Source of the DNA: Ferroacidibacillus organovorans
GTDB taxonomy: Bacteria; Bacillota; Bacilli; Alicyclobacillales; SLC66
DNA length: 64,000 nucleotides
NCBI RefSeq assembly: GCF_001642725.1
Contig: NZ_LSUQ01000009.1
Coordinates: 1 to 64,000, forward strand
Reading direction: 5' to 3'
Below, in pieces: positions 29,033-39,557 of the stretch. The position numbers and the translations under genes were made by a program. The stretch's first letter is position 1. The number at the start of each line of letters is the position of its first letter. The notes under the pieces were generated by a model. That model had not been told where the DNA came from and ran no database searches. It saw nothing but the letters and a program-made list of their open reading frames with translations.

Positions 29033-29506
29033 TTAGTTGAATAGCGCAGAATCGATCCGTTTTTGTTGAAAGATTCGCTTGGGATACGGGAGAGCCAGTG
29101 GGGGCATCTGCTCAACGGTAAAATAGCGAAGTTCAAAAGATTCTCCGTCTATCGCTTCCAGTTCGCCAGAATCTACTTTACAATCAAAAACCAACACAAC
29201 ATACTCCACCTGGTTACCATCCGCATATCTAAAGCGAAACTCTTGACCCCCGAATGCGCCAACGAGTGCCATCGGCGTGACATTCAGCCCTGTCTCTTCC
29301 CAAACTTCGCGAACAACCGCTTGAGATGGCGTTTCTCCAAGCTCAATCGCGCCAGCAGGCAGGCTCCATATCACACTTTCGGCAGTTGGACGTTGAAATA
29401 AAATCTTGCCTTCTTTGTCGCGTATGATGGCCGCCACAGATGGGCTGAAAATCAGATCTGTTCCAATCTTGGAACGGAGGTTTTGGTAAAAATCGGACAT
29501 CGGCAT
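29033..29506 (-). CDS. NUDIX hydrolase
   Basis: Nudix box 'GAIELGETPSQAVVREVWEETGL'. Confidence 0.93.
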   Translation of the reverse strand: MPMSDFYQNLRSKIGTDLIFSPSVAAIIRDKEGKILFQRPTAESVIWSLPAGAIELGETPSQAVVREVWEETGLNVTPMALVGAFGGQEFRFRYADGNQVEYVVLVFDCKVDSGELEAIDGESFELRYFTVEQMPPLALPYPKRIFQQKRIDSALFN

Positions 29507-29567
29507 AGAGCCCTCTCCTATCGATCAGCCTTGCGCTTCGCACCATGAACCGAAAAGGGTGTCAGCA

Positions 29568-30089
29568 TTAGAATGTGATCCTTTCCGACTCTTGCGTTTC
29601 TGCAAACCATCGCAGCAAATCGTTGTGATGTTCAATGATCTGTTGCGCGCTGAGATTCTTTTTATTGAAGGTACTGTGTGAATCCTTGGCAAGAACGACG
29701 TCATATCCCATGGTGAACGCCCGACGGCATGTCGTATCGACACAAAGTTCCGTTTGCATGCCCGTCAAAACAAGCTTGCGAATCCCGCCCTTCTCAAGTT
29801 CTTCGTGGAAGCTCGTATTGTAAAACGAGTCTGGCGTATTTTTTTGAATTCGAATATCCCCAGCCATCGGTGCAACAGCGGGATGAATCTCCCAACCACG
29901 CGTATTGGGTTCAAGCGCCCCACCAGGTTCCTCGTTGTGTTGTACATAGATCACCGGAACCATGGACGAGCGTGCTTTTGTGATCAGTGCTGCAATCCGG
30001 CGCAACAACATGTCACCTTGATACACCGCTTCCGCTTCTTCAAACATCCCGACTTGCACATCAATGATGATCAGTGCGCTGCCGCTCAC
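29568..30089 (-). CDS. Isochorismatase-like cysteine hydrolase
   Basis: 'ALIIIDVQ', 'KNTPDSF', 'GMQTELCVDTT'. Confidence 0.93.
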   Translation of the reverse strand: MSGSALIIIDVQVGMFEEAEAVYQGDMLLRRIAALITKARSSMVPVIYVQHNEEPGGALEPNTRGWEIHPAVAPMAGDIRIQKNTPDSFYNTSFHEELEKGGIRKLVLTGMQTELCVDTTCRRAFTMGYDVVLAKDSHSTFNKKNLSAQQIIEHHNDLLRWFAETQESERITF

Positions 30090-30237
30090 GACCTTCCTCC
30101 TCTGACTCTTTCAATTTCACGTGCCATACACTCCAAAAATTCAGCAGCTTCAAAGACAAATGATCGATAAACGCTTCAATTCATCTAAAGGATACGATTT
30201 TTCACACAGATTGTCACAAATCATTTAAAAGCGAATC

Positions 30238-31521
30238 CTATCCCAACACGGAATTCCGTCTGCGCACGTTTTTGGCATAAATTCGAGTCATCAGCCAGCC
30301 GATGACACCAAAAAGGATTGGATAAACCATGGCCCACCCACTGAATGGATACAAAATCACGCAGACTACAAAGGGAATCCATGCTAAAGCTTGTTTACCC
30401 CACCCGGCACCTTTCATAAGTTTTAAAGCAGAGGCCATTGCGATGATATAAAGAGCTAAAAACATCGCACTCGGCCACGTCATAAACGCGCCAAGATCAA
30501 CGTGAAATACGGTGTAGATCGCCAGCACCACGGCAAAATCCAAACCCAGCGCAGACAGAGCGCCGATCGGTGTTTTGTGGCGTTCATGCAACCGTAAGAG
30601 CACCGCCGGAAAGACACCTGCTCGCGCCTGGCTGTAAACCATTCGCGAGAATCCAGCCACATTGCCGTGAATGGCGACAAATGTAATCAATAGCGCCACG
30701 ATACCCGAGACCGTCGAACCGATCCTGCCCATTCCAATTCCCACCAGTTGACTGAGAGGTGTCACGGTATACGCTCCGCCGTAGGCGTGTGTGCCGATAG
30801 TTACAACGGAGAGTGCGACATAAAGCACGCCGACGAGCATTGGCGCCAGAAGAAAGATTCGACGCAAGTCTCTTGACGGGTCGTGAAACTCCTCGGCGAG
30901 ATGTCCAACCATCTCCCAACCGACAAAACACCAAAAGATCTCCACAGCCGATGTGCCAACCGGAAGCCATCCGTGTGGCGCAAGCGGATGAAACTGTTCC
31001 TCATTTATATGCGGACCTGCCGCGATGATGGCGCCTAGTATAAGCACGACAATCAGCACCAAGATGAGCACCTGCGCCCACGCCGCCATCTCGACACCAC
31101 GCCAGTGTAAGATGAGCGACAAAAGCAGCATGAGCGCCGCCGTGATCGGTATGAAGATCGAAGGGAGCGAAAACGTTCCGACAACATAATTGGCGCCAAC
31201 AAGCGCGACGATGGGTACGCCGACCGGAATGGTGCCAAGAAACAACCAAGCGGTCATGCGTCCCACGGTATCGCCAAACGCCAATCGCGCATATTCCACA
31301 ATGCCTCCGGCATGCGGATACTTGGCGCCAAGACTTCCGAGCGTAATGGCAAGCGGAAAGGCTAAAAGTGACATCAAAAGCCACGATATAAGTGACGCCG
31401 GACCTGCCTGCTCTGCCGTGATGGCTGGAAGAATGAGGATGCCGGATCCGAGAACGGCACCGATTGCGATCGCTGTACCCTGCACCCAGGTAAGTGAGCG
31501 TTTCAACTGCGAATCGATCAT
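30238..31521 (-). CDS. APC-family amino acid permease (YjeH-like, possibly an exporter)
   Basis: 'GAVLGSGILILP', 'FWCFVGWE...LAEEF', about 12 TM segments. Confidence 0.88.
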   Translation of the reverse strand: MIDSQLKRSLTWVQGTAIAIGAVLGSGILILPAITAEQAGPASLISWLLMSLLAFPLAITLGSLGAKYPHAGGIVEYARLAFGDTVGRMTAWLFLGTIPVGVPIVALVGANYVVGTFSLPSIFIPITAALMLLLSLILHWRGVEMAAWAQVLILVLIVVLILGAIIAAGPHINEEQFHPLAPHGWLPVGTSAVEIFWCFVGWEMVGHLAEEFHDPSRDLRRIFLLAPMLVGVLYVALSVVTIGTHAYGGAYTVTPLSQLVGIGMGRIGSTVSGIVALLITFVAIHGNVAGFSRMVYSQARAGVFPAVLLRLHERHKTPIGALSALGLDFAVVLAIYTVFHVDLGAFMTWPSAMFLALYIIAMASALKLMKGAGWGKQALAWIPFVVCVILYPFSGWAMVYPILFGVIGWLMTRIYAKNVRRRNSVLG

Positions 31522-31646
31522 GAGGAGTTCTCCTTAACAGCGCAATCACTTCCTCATCACAGTACACGAACGATATCATCTTGTCATTGCAAATGGGTAC
31601 GATTCATTTCTATCGACATCACCAAATCTACGCTGATTCATCCACA

Positions 31647-32072
31647 TCAAATTGAATCGGCATGTACGCGGATGCAAAATCTTTCAAACTCATAGCGAAG
31701 CAATGCGTCTGGAATCGGTGCTGGTTCACCTCGTGTTCTTGTCTCTTCCGCCCACGCAAGGAGAACTTCATAGGGAGTCTCTGTGGTGATTCCGCCAAAC
31801 CAGCGCTGCCTCTCTTTTGTCGCTATACTGACGACATTTAATACATCGCACGGACCCAGACAACCCGTGATCGTGAGTTGCACCGTTTTTAGCAACTTGC
31901 GCTCTTTCCATGACTTTTTAAGCCAGTCTAGCGGAATTCCTGGTTTTCCCTTGCCTGTTTGTCCACAGCAACATCCCGAACAAACAAAGACCTGTCCAAG
32001 CACAGCGCGTTTCGTCGTTTTTTCTGCAACCAACACGGCACTCTGAAGTTCAATCACATCCATCGGATTCAC
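31647..32072 (-). CDS. Thioredoxin-like (2Fe-2S) ferredoxin-domain protein at the end of the cobalamin operon
   Basis: 'VFVCSGCCCG' and 'TGCLGPC' Cys motifs. Confidence 0.75.
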   Translation of the reverse strand: MNPMDVIELQSAVLVAEKTTKRAVLGQVFVCSGCCCGQTGKGKPGIPLDWLKKSWKERKLLKTVQLTITGCLGPCDVLNVVSIATKERQRWFGGITTETPYEVLLAWAEETRTRGEPAPIPDALLRYEFERFCIRVHADSI

Positions 32073-32129
32073 GGCACTCCTCTTTCATTCTTCTGTTGTG
32101 CAACCTGATGCAGGCGAGTTTTGCAAGCT

Positions 32130-33140
32130 TTACATTCGTTCAGAGCGTGCAGCCCACCGCTCTTCGATTCTGAATAACTTCCACGATCCGAAGGAAATCC
32201 CCCAGACCCCGATGAATAGCGCGACAAGAATGTACCCCATCACACCAAAATTAAGCCCTTGGAGCTTTCCCCAAAAACCAGAAGAAAGCCCAATCTCCTG
32301 AGTGACGACCTGAACGAGCTCGATGACGCCAATCACGGATGCGGCTAGCACACCGAGTCCCGTTACTGAAAGGTTGTAATAGATTTTTCGCAGTGGTGTG
32401 GCAAACGCAAAGCCATACGCAGTGGTCATGAAAATTCCATCTGCCGTATCCATGAAACTCATTCCTGCCGCAAACACAATTGGTAAAGAGATGATTCCTG
32501 TAAGAGGCAGCGCGTGTTGTGATGCAGTAGCCGAAATTGCCAGCAAGGCGACTTCGCTCGCCGTGTCAAATCCCAAACCGAACAGAAACCCAATCGGATA
32601 CACATGCCAGTTATTGGTGACGAGTTTCATGAGTGGAGCGACCAGTCGCGAAAAAAAACCGCGACTGTGGAGCAATTCATCCATCTCGTGCTCTGTGACC
32701 CGGTTGCGGCGCATGCTCAAAAAAACCTGGAAGAGTTTTAGCCAAATGAACAAGTTGATGCAAGCCAGCACAAGAAGAAATGAACCTGACACAAATGTGC
32801 TCACAATTCCGCCTATGCGTTGAAATTGGGGTAATTTCTGAACTAAATGTACCGTGACGGCCGTTGCCAACGAAATCAAAACAACCACAGTCGAATGACC
32901 CATCGAAAAGAAGAATCCGATTCCGTGCGGTTTTTTTCCTTGTTGAAGAAACTTGCGAACCATGTTGTCGATAAAGGCGATATGATCAACATCAAAAGCG
33001 TGACGCAAGCCAAAGGTGTAGGCCAATAATGCCAAACCGAGCAACATGGGATGCTTAGGGACAGAAAGGATTAACAAAAAAAATCCTAATCCGTGTAACG
33101 TGATAACGCCTAACCCATATCTCAAAGAATCACGGTACAT
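32130..33140 (-). CDS. NiCoT (HoxN/NixA) nickel/cobalt permease
   Basis: 'GLRHAFDVDHI', 'FSMGHSTVV', 'GFLFGLGFDTASE'. Confidence 0.95.
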   Translation of the reverse strand: MYRDSLRYGLGVITLHGLGFFLLILSVPKHPMLLGLALLAYTFGLRHAFDVDHIAFIDNMVRKFLQQGKKPHGIGFFFSMGHSTVVVLISLATAVTVHLVQKLPQFQRIGGIVSTFVSGSFLLVLACINLFIWLKLFQVFLSMRRNRVTEHEMDELLHSRGFFSRLVAPLMKLVTNNWHVYPIGFLFGLGFDTASEVALLAISATASQHALPLTGIISLPIVFAAGMSFMDTADGIFMTTAYGFAFATPLRKIYYNLSVTGLGVLAASVIGVIELVQVVTQEIGLSSGFWGKLQGLNFGVMGYILVALFIGVWGISFGSWKLFRIEERWAARSERM

Positions 33141-33164
33141 GTGTGTTTTTCCACTCCTCACCTG

Positions 33165-34253
33165 CTAGCTGTGCGAAACGATACAAACCGAAACGGTTAC
33201 GTTTCCGCTGCGGACTTTCTCAACCACAAAGTCTTTGGCATCTGAAGAGAGAAGAGCCGCAGGTTCACTTACACCGTACGCTCCCACATGCTTAAAGACG
33301 GTTTCGGACGGATTGGGAATGGAGATCTGATTAAGTTGCTCCGCGGTATACGTGACGAGTGGCCACTTGTGTCGGGCACACAGTTCAAGCAATCCTGGTT
33401 CATCCGCTTTTAGATCAATCGTCGCCACATTGCGAACGCTCTTCGTGGACAATTGAACGGTATTCAATGCGTGTGTGATCACCTGCTCAATCTCCTTTGC
33501 AGATGTCCCGCGGTTGCATCCCACACCGACGACGATAACTTTTGGCCGATAAAGCACACCCCTCGCCAAAAACCGTCTCGTCTCATCCTTTGTGAGTAGG
33601 CGGGGGGTGATGACGAGCGCCGCATCAAACGTCTGTTGGCAGGCCGCTTCGAGACTGTTAAAAACTTTCAAATATGCGGGTAACGGTTTGGTATAGGGCC
33701 ACCAGTCAAGTTCACCCGCCTCTTGAATGATGTGAACTCGCTCTTCATTGACGACCGCTGCGCTGACTGCCGTCACCATTTCAAAGTTTTCGATCTCAAA
33801 GCCAAATTCCCGCCCGAGCAAATCGACGGCAACCGTCTGCGCCACATCTGACGCTGTGGTGATCACAGGTCGCGCGCCAAGTGCCTTTGCAACTTGTTGC
33901 GTAAGTAAATTTGCGCCACCAAGATGCCCCGAGAGTACACTGATTGCGTGCTCTGCGCGATCATCGACGACAACGATGGCAGGATCCGTTTTTTTATCGC
34001 GAAGAAGAGGGGCTACAAGGCGAACCATGGCGCCCAGCGAAAAGATGCCGACGAGTCCGCTGTACGCAGAAAAGAGCGTTGGGACATGATCGACAACCGA
34101 CCCTGAAAACGCAGTAATCTCGCGCGCCACTTCATCGCCTTGAGCAAATTTCTGGGGATAATAGACATCCACGTCAGGCAATTGTTCCTGAAGTCTGCGC
34201 GCAATCGCCGTACCATGTTTCGTGATCGCAACAACGGCCGTGGAGTTAGTCAA
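33165..34253 (-). CDS. cbiG: Cobalt-precorrin-5A hydrolase
   Basis: 'DKKTDPAIVVVD', 'VLSGHLGGAN', 'GVGCNRG', 'GVSEPAAL'. Confidence 0.95.
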   Translation of the reverse strand: MTNSTAVVAITKHGTAIARRLQEQLPDVDVYYPQKFAQGDEVAREITAFSGSVVDHVPTLFSAYSGLVGIFSLGAMVRLVAPLLRDKKTDPAIVVVDDRAEHAISVLSGHLGGANLLTQQVAKALGARPVITTASDVAQTVAVDLLGREFGFEIENFEMVTAVSAAVVNEERVHIIQEAGELDWWPYTKPLPAYLKVFNSLEAACQQTFDAALVITPRLLTKDETRRFLARGVLYRPKVIVVGVGCNRGTSAKEIEQVITHALNTVQLSTKSVRNVATIDLKADEPGLLELCARHKWPLVTYTAEQLNQISIPNPSETVFKHVGAYGVSEPAALLSSDAKDFVVEKVRSGNVTVSVCIVSHS

Positions 34254-35040
34254 CTGCCGTCACCCCTTTTCGGTAGCGGTGTGTAAACGACTTGTCGTAT
34301 AGTTTCGATTTGTTTTCCCCTTTTTCCGGCAACTCAGGGTCCAGTGCCCAACCAGCGAGAATCATGGCGTGATTTGAAATATGCTCATCACCCATCGCGC
34401 GCACGAGCCCATCAAGCGTTGTACGGATGATTTTTTGATCCGGCCACGATGCCCTTTGCACGACGGCGACTGGCGTATTTGGCGTCCAACCAGCACTCAG
34501 AAACTCATCCACCGCTTTTTTAGCCAATGTCGCACTAAGGTACAAGGCAATCGTACTGTGGTGGCGCGCGAGATCGCTCAGCTGTTCGCCTTCAGGCATG
34601 GGCGTGCGACCACCCATGCGCGTCAAGATCACGGTTTGCGTGAGATCGGGCACCGTAAGTTCAGCGCCAACTGCAGCGGCAGCGGCGAATACCGAACTTA
34701 CGCCAGGGACTATTTCGTAAGCGACACCCGCGCGTCGCAGCAAGGTAACCTGCTCAAGGATTGCTCCGAAAACAGATGGGTCACCCGTGTGGATGCGGGC
34801 TACACGCTTTCCCTGTCTCACGGCATCTACCATGATGCCCACAATCTCTTCGAGGGTCATCCCTGCGCTTTTGTAGATTTTTGCGTTTGCACTCCCCATT
34901 TCAGCAAGTTCCTCACGAACCAGACTGTCTGTGTAAATCACGACATCCGCCTGCTTCAAAATGCGCATTCCCTTTACGGTCATCAACTCAGGATCGCCAG
35001 GCCCCGCACCGACGATATAGACCTTCGCTTCAAGCGTCAT
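34246..35040 (-). CDS. cbiF: Cobalt-precorrin-4 C11-methyltransferase
   Basis: 'GAGPGDPELMTVKG', 'RIHTGDPSVFGA', 'ELTVPDLTQTVILTR', 'SKLYD'. Confidence 0.95.
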   Translation of the reverse strand: MTLEAKVYIVGAGPGDPELMTVKGMRILKQADVVIYTDSLVREELAEMGSANAKIYKSAGMTLEEIVGIMVDAVRQGKRVARIHTGDPSVFGAILEQVTLLRRAGVAYEIVPGVSSVFAAAAAVGAELTVPDLTQTVILTRMGGRTPMPEGEQLSDLARHHSTIALYLSATLAKKAVDEFLSAGWTPNTPVAVVQRASWPDQKIIRTTLDGLVRAMGDEHISNHAMILAGWALDPELPEKGENKSKLYDKSFTHRYRKGVTAVD

Positions 35041-35750
35041 TTTCTCACCACCATAAGCGTTAAATAGTTAAGGGAAGCCCCCTGAAGTTCCCGCACATTT
35101 TTCCACACATGTTCCCCTGCTGAAGTCACTTTCGTACATACCATTGCGTTATCGATGAGTTGCAACTCTCCGAGCAGCAAAATCATGTCATCCATAACCT
35201 TGGCGACCTTCAGAAAAACGACACAGTCGTGCGTAAGAAGTGCCTGCCGCATCCTCGTCAAATCACGGTTTGCAGGTACGATGGCGACAACCTCGTCACC
35301 ATCTGCAAGCGGCACCCCGAGCCGACTTGCGGCTGCATTGACGGAAGAGACGCCAGGAATCGAAACAACCTCCGCCTCGGGGTGCTCCTGTCTCATGAGC
35401 CGGCTCATGTGAATAAACGTGCTATAAAGCATCGGATCACCTTCCGTGACAAAGACCACATCCTGGCCTTGACGGAGATAGGCCCACACCTTTTCGACCG
35501 TATCCTCCCAGTGTCGCAAAAGAACGTCTTCATCCTTTGTCATAGGAAAAACGAGACCAAGCATCGTTTTTTCAGATGGATTCACATAGCGTTCCACAAT
35601 CTCCAGCGCATAACTTTTTCCGCCCATGCGTTTATTCGGATAGGCAATCACAGGTGCCGTCTGCATGAGGCGATACGCCTTGACGGTCACCAATTCAGGA
35701 TCGCCTGGACCGACGCCCACGCCATACAGCGTGCCATGGTTAACAGACAT
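35037..35750 (-). CDS. cbiL: Cobalt-precorrin-2 C20-methyltransferase
   Basis: 'GVGVGPGDPELVTVKA', 'FPMTKD', 'EGDPMLYSTF'. Confidence 0.93.
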   Translation of the reverse strand: MSVNHGTLYGVGVGPGDPELVTVKAYRLMQTAPVIAYPNKRMGGKSYALEIVERYVNPSEKTMLGLVFPMTKDEDVLLRHWEDTVEKVWAYLRQGQDVVFVTEGDPMLYSTFIHMSRLMRQEHPEAEVVSIPGVSSVNAAASRLGVPLADGDEVVAIVPANRDLTRMRQALLTHDCVVFLKVAKVMDDMILLLGELQLIDNAMVCTKVTSAGEHVWKNVRELQGASLNYLTLMVVRK

Positions 35751-37002
35751 CTGTTTCCGCCTCCTCTCTTGGGGCACGCCAAGCTGTAACAAGGTACACA
35801 GGGTTCATGCCTTCAAAACGAGTAAGATTTAAGATCGGCTTACTGCGCGCCGTCTGCACAAGTGTGATTGAAACGAAAAATCCAAGATCACCTAAGGTTT
35901 GCTGCGCTTCATACAAATTCTCGATCGTAGCAGCGCTTACTACCACTCTCCCGCCTTCTCGCAGTCGCTTTGCGCTGAGGGCAATCACCTCTTTGAGTTC
36001 ACCCCCACTCCCCCCAATAAACACGGCGTCAGGATCTGGAAAATCATCCAATCCTTCTGGCGCGCGCGCGTGAAGGGCGACAAAATCTGCCCGAAACTTG
36101 ATCTGATTTGCACGCAAATTCTCCAAATCGCCCTCATTTTTTTCAACCGCGAACACTTGCAAACCAGGCGTGGATCGTATCGCCTCAATCGAGATGGACC
36201 CCGTGCAAGCCCCTATGTCCCATAGGACGCCTCCCGGTTTTAATGCGAGATCAGAGAGGGTGAGTACACGAACTTCACGTTTCGTAATCAGGCCCCTGTC
36301 AGGTTTTCGCTGGGCAAACACTCCGTCATCCATACCAAGCGTAAAAATAGGCACTTTCACATCATGGCGGCACTTCAAGATGACCACATTCAGCGGAGAA
36401 AACTCCGTGTCCAAAAGTTGGTCCAACGAATACCAACCTGTGCGCTCTTCCGGACTCCCCAATCGCTCTCCCACAAACGCCTCATACTCCGTCATCCTGA
36501 AACGCTTGAGATACATTGCAATCGCTGACGGCGTGTTCTCATCGTCTGTCAGGAGCGCTACGATTGCGACTCCATGCAATCTTTGCGCGAGACCCTGAAT
36601 CGACTTCCCGTGCAGGCTCACAATCTCTGCGTTTTGCCAGCTTTCGCCTGCACGGGCAAAGGCCAGCTGGATGGAACTCATATGCGGTATAACCTCGATC
36701 GCGTTTCTCCCCCATTTGCGGACAAGTGTTGCCCCGATACCAAAAAAAAGTGGATCGCCGCTTGCCAATACAACAACAGAACACCGCGTAGCATCGCGTT
36801 CAATTTCAACCAGCGTATCGCGCAGAGGTGTTTTAATCACTCGTCTTTCTCCTTGAAATTCAGGAAAAAAACTGAGTTGACGCTCCCCACCGTATAGGAT
36901 TTCAGCTGCGTATACGCGTTCTGCCACCTTTTTAGATAGCCCATTTATCCCGTCGTCGCCCATTCCCACGACCAGAACCTTTTTAAGATTCAAGCTCTGC
37001 AC
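35740..37002 (-). CDS. cbiET: Bifunctional cobalt-precorrin-7 C5-methyltransferase / C15-methyltransferase-decarboxylase
   Basis: 'ASGDPLFFGIG' domain plus 'ITKREVR...WDIGACTGSISIE...PDAVFIGGSGG'. Confidence 0.93.
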   Translation of the reverse strand: MQSLNLKKVLVVGMGDDGINGLSKKVAERVYAAEILYGGERQLSFFPEFQGERRVIKTPLRDTLVEIERDATRCSVVVLASGDPLFFGIGATLVRKWGRNAIEVIPHMSSIQLAFARAGESWQNAEIVSLHGKSIQGLAQRLHGVAIVALLTDDENTPSAIAMYLKRFRMTEYEAFVGERLGSPEERTGWYSLDQLLDTEFSPLNVVILKCRHDVKVPIFTLGMDDGVFAQRKPDRGLITKREVRVLTLSDLALKPGGVLWDIGACTGSISIEAIRSTPGLQVFAVEKNEGDLENLRANQIKFRADFVALHARAPEGLDDFPDPDAVFIGGSGGELKEVIALSAKRLREGGRVVVSAATIENLYEAQQTLGDLGFFVSITLVQTARSKPILNLTRFEGMNPVYLVTAWRAPREEAETDVC

Positions 37003-38086
37003 CTCCCAAATACTCTCCGTTCAAGCTTGTTAGGTGCGTAGCGATGCGCATTTCTCCGCGTATATGATCAAGCACCTGTTCACAGCAAGTCACGGCAAGA
37101 TGATGAAAGAATTCAGGGTATCCCCACTCAACCATCCAATCGCCAACCTGATTGGCCGTATTGGCCGTCAGAATTTGTTCCATCTTTTCCTCCGGAACCG
37201 CGACATGACGCGCAATCTTTGCGATAAAAGAAAAATCGATGGGGGCGCTTTTTGCGTGAACCATCATGATGCCTTGCGCCACCTTTGAGAACTTCCCCAT
37301 CATGCCGACAAAGCGAATCTCCTTCATCCCGACACGTTTCGCCTGCTTGGCTGAAAAGCCCACAAAATCACCCATTTCAATAAAAGCTTCATCAGGCAAT
37401 TCAGGAAATAACTTCATCGCATATTTTTCACTTCGTCCGCCTGTTGTGAGCACGATTGTCTGAATCCCCTGCGCTTTAGCCACACTCATGGCATACGCAA
37501 TGCTCGCCTTATAAGAGGATGTAGAGAATGGAACAACGATGCCTCTCGTCCCTAGGATGGAGATCCCGCCCAAAATACCGAGTCGCCCATTCAATGTTTT
37601 TTTGGCGATCTCTTCGCCATCCGGAACAGAAATGACGACGTTGACTCCGCGCTCCATGTCACGCTCTGAGAGCACAGATCCCACCGTCGATTGGATCATC
37701 TGCCGCGGAACCGGATTAATGGCGGCCATCCCAACCGGGATGGGAAGTCCCGGTTTCGTCACCCTACCTACGCCAACACCGCCGTCAATTTCAACCCCCG
37801 GCTTGTCCGACCAGGTGACCGTCGCGATGATTTTTGCACCGTGTGTCGCGTCAGGATCATCACCACCATCTTTGATGGTCGCAGCCTGTGCTTCGCTTGC
37901 TGTGTAGCGCACGTCATGGTGTTGAAACGTAACCCATTCACCTGCAGGGATCCAGATGGTCGTCTCTTCAACAACGCGCTGCTCGATGAGCGCCAAGAGT
38001 GCAGCTTTGGCGCAAGCAGTCGCGCAAGCTCCCGTTGTGTATCCGTGTCGAAGTGGACCTTCAGGAACATCAAGCATTTCGCCCAC
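36983..38086 (-). CDS. cbiD: Cobalt-precorrin-5B C1-methyltransferase
   Basis: 'GYTTGACA', 'KDGGDDPDATHG', 'GGISILGTRGIV'. Confidence 0.96.
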   Translation of the reverse strand: MGEMLDVPEGPLRHGYTTGACATACAKAALLALIEQRVVEETTIWIPAGEWVTFQHHDVRYTASEAQAATIKDGGDDPDATHGAKIIATVTWSDKPGVEIDGGVGVGRVTKPGLPIPVGMAAINPVPRQMIQSTVGSVLSERDMERGVNVVISVPDGEEIAKKTLNGRLGILGGISILGTRGIVVPFSTSSYKASIAYAMSVAKAQGIQTIVLTTGGRSEKYAMKLFPELPDEAFIEMGDFVGFSAKQAKRVGMKEIRFVGMMGKFSKVAQGIMMVHAKSAPIDFSFIAKIARHVAVPEEKMEQILTANTANQVGDWMVEWGYPEFFHHLAVTCCEQVLDHIRGEMRIATHLTSLNGEYLGGAELES

Positions 38087-38092
38087 ACGGCA

Positions 38093-38755
38093 TCACCGAC
38101 CTTGCGCATCGGCAAGCAGCGACAATGCGTTCACAGCCGCCACAGCGACTGGACTGCCACCCTTTCGCCCTCGATTGGTAATGTAAGGGATATCAAGCTT
38201 TAGCAACTCCTCCTTCGATTCCGCAGCCGAAACAAAACCAACCGGAACGCCGACGATGAGACTCGGCTTGGTCAACCCTTCTTTTATGAGCCGAATCAAT
38301 TCTAGAAGAGCTGTTGGCGCATTGCCGATTGCAAAAATGGCGCCCGCATGCATATCGCACGCTTTGCGGACAGAGAGGATTGCGCGTGTTGTGTTCAAGG
38401 CTTTCGCTTCTGTTGCCACATCCTGATCAGAGATGTATACGTGAACATCGCCTCCAAAGCGAGCAATTCGCGGTTTGCTGATACCAGACTGCACCATTTG
38501 CACATCAGCGACGATCGCTCGACCTTCCCGAATGGCCTTGATGCCCGCATTGATTGCGTCTGGATGAAAGACCAGGCTGCGCCCTAGCTCAAAATCTGCC
38601 GACGCGTGAATCACGCGCTGAATAATCGGAAATTGTTCAGCCGTGAACGTATGTGTGCCTAATTCTTCCGTAATGATGGAAAAACTTTTTGCCTCAATTT
38701 CCTGAGGCTGTACAGTCAACGGTTTATATTCGTCACGAACGTTCACTGCGTTCAT
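38093..38755 (-). CDS. cbiC: Cobalt-precorrin-8 methylmutase
   Basis: 'RVIHASAD', 'IGNAPTAL', 'PVGFVSAAESK', 'GRKGGS'. Confidence 0.96.
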   Translation of the reverse strand: MNAVNVRDEYKPLTVQPQEIEAKSFSIITEELGTHTFTAEQFPIIQRVIHASADFELGRSLVFHPDAINAGIKAIREGRAIVADVQMVQSGISKPRIARFGGDVHVYISDQDVATEAKALNTTRAILSVRKACDMHAGAIFAIGNAPTALLELIRLIKEGLTKPSLIVGVPVGFVSAAESKEELLKLDIPYITNRGRKGGSPVAVAAVNALSLLADAQGR

Positions 38756-39539
38756 CCTCCTCTGAATGTGTCAAGCCAATTCGACGTGCAATTTCACTCA
38801 ATAAAGCGTCTACCGTTGAAAAACTCACTGCAAAATCGAGTTTGGGCCGACCAATGACGATCACCTCGATCCCCATCGCAAGTGCTGCTTCTACTTTTTC
38901 ATCCACCGCTCCCGGTCCGCCACTTTCTTTTGTAATCATCAACGTCGTTCCATAGTGTCGATAAAGCGCCTCATTCAAATCTCTGGAAAAAGGGCCCTGC
39001 ATGGCGATGATGTTTTCCTGACCAACGCCGAGTTGAACGCATTTTTCCATGTTGTCTACCCGTGGCAACATTCTTGCGACAAGACGCACTTCAGGATCCC
39101 CAACAAGTTTTGCAGTAAAAATAGGCAGTGTCTTACTCCCTGTTGTTAACATGACATTGCCCTTTTTTTGAGCGGCAAGCTGTGCCGCTTCTTCATACGT
39201 ATCGACATGCAGCAGTGACGCGTGATCACGAAACGTTTGTGATGATCGTTCATAGCGAAGATACGTCACACCGCACGCATTCGCCGCCGCCATCGCAGTG
39301 AGGTGCGCCTCTTCCGCAAAGGGGTGACTCGCATCGACAAGAAGTGTTGCGCCTTTCTCCTTCAACAATGCCATCATTTCTGCAATGTCTAATCTTCCAA
39401 CGCGAACTTGTAGTTCAACGGCTTTTAGTGCATTGGCAGCGTGCTCTGTGACAACACTCGTCAGCAAAGGATATCCTGCATCTTGAATGGCAAGCGCCAG
39501 ATCGCGCGCATCACTCGTCCCGGCCATAAAAAAAATCAC
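38733..39539 (-). CDS. cbiJ: Cobalt-precorrin-6A reductase
   Basis: 'GTSDAR', 'VDASHPFA', 'TTGSK', 'QGPFS', 'TKESG'. Confidence 0.95.
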   Translation of the reverse strand: MIFFMAGTSDARDLALAIQDAGYPLLTSVVTEHAANALKAVELQVRVGRLDIAEMMALLKEKGATLLVDASHPFAEEAHLTAMAAANACGVTYLRYERSSQTFRDHASLLHVDTYEEAAQLAAQKKGNVMLTTGSKTLPIFTAKLVGDPEVRLVARMLPRVDNMEKCVQLGVGQENIIAMQGPFSRDLNEALYRHYGTTLMITKESGGPGAVDEKVEAALAMGIEVIVIGRPKLDFAVSFSTVDALLSEIARRIGLTHSEEDERSERS

Positions 39540-39557
39540 CGTTTTACCCCCTTGCTC

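Noticed and set aside
34381..35789. Long plus-strand ORFs (228 and 209 aa) opposite cbiF and cbiL
   Set aside because: Antisense shadows of well-conserved genes, like most short ORFs in the track
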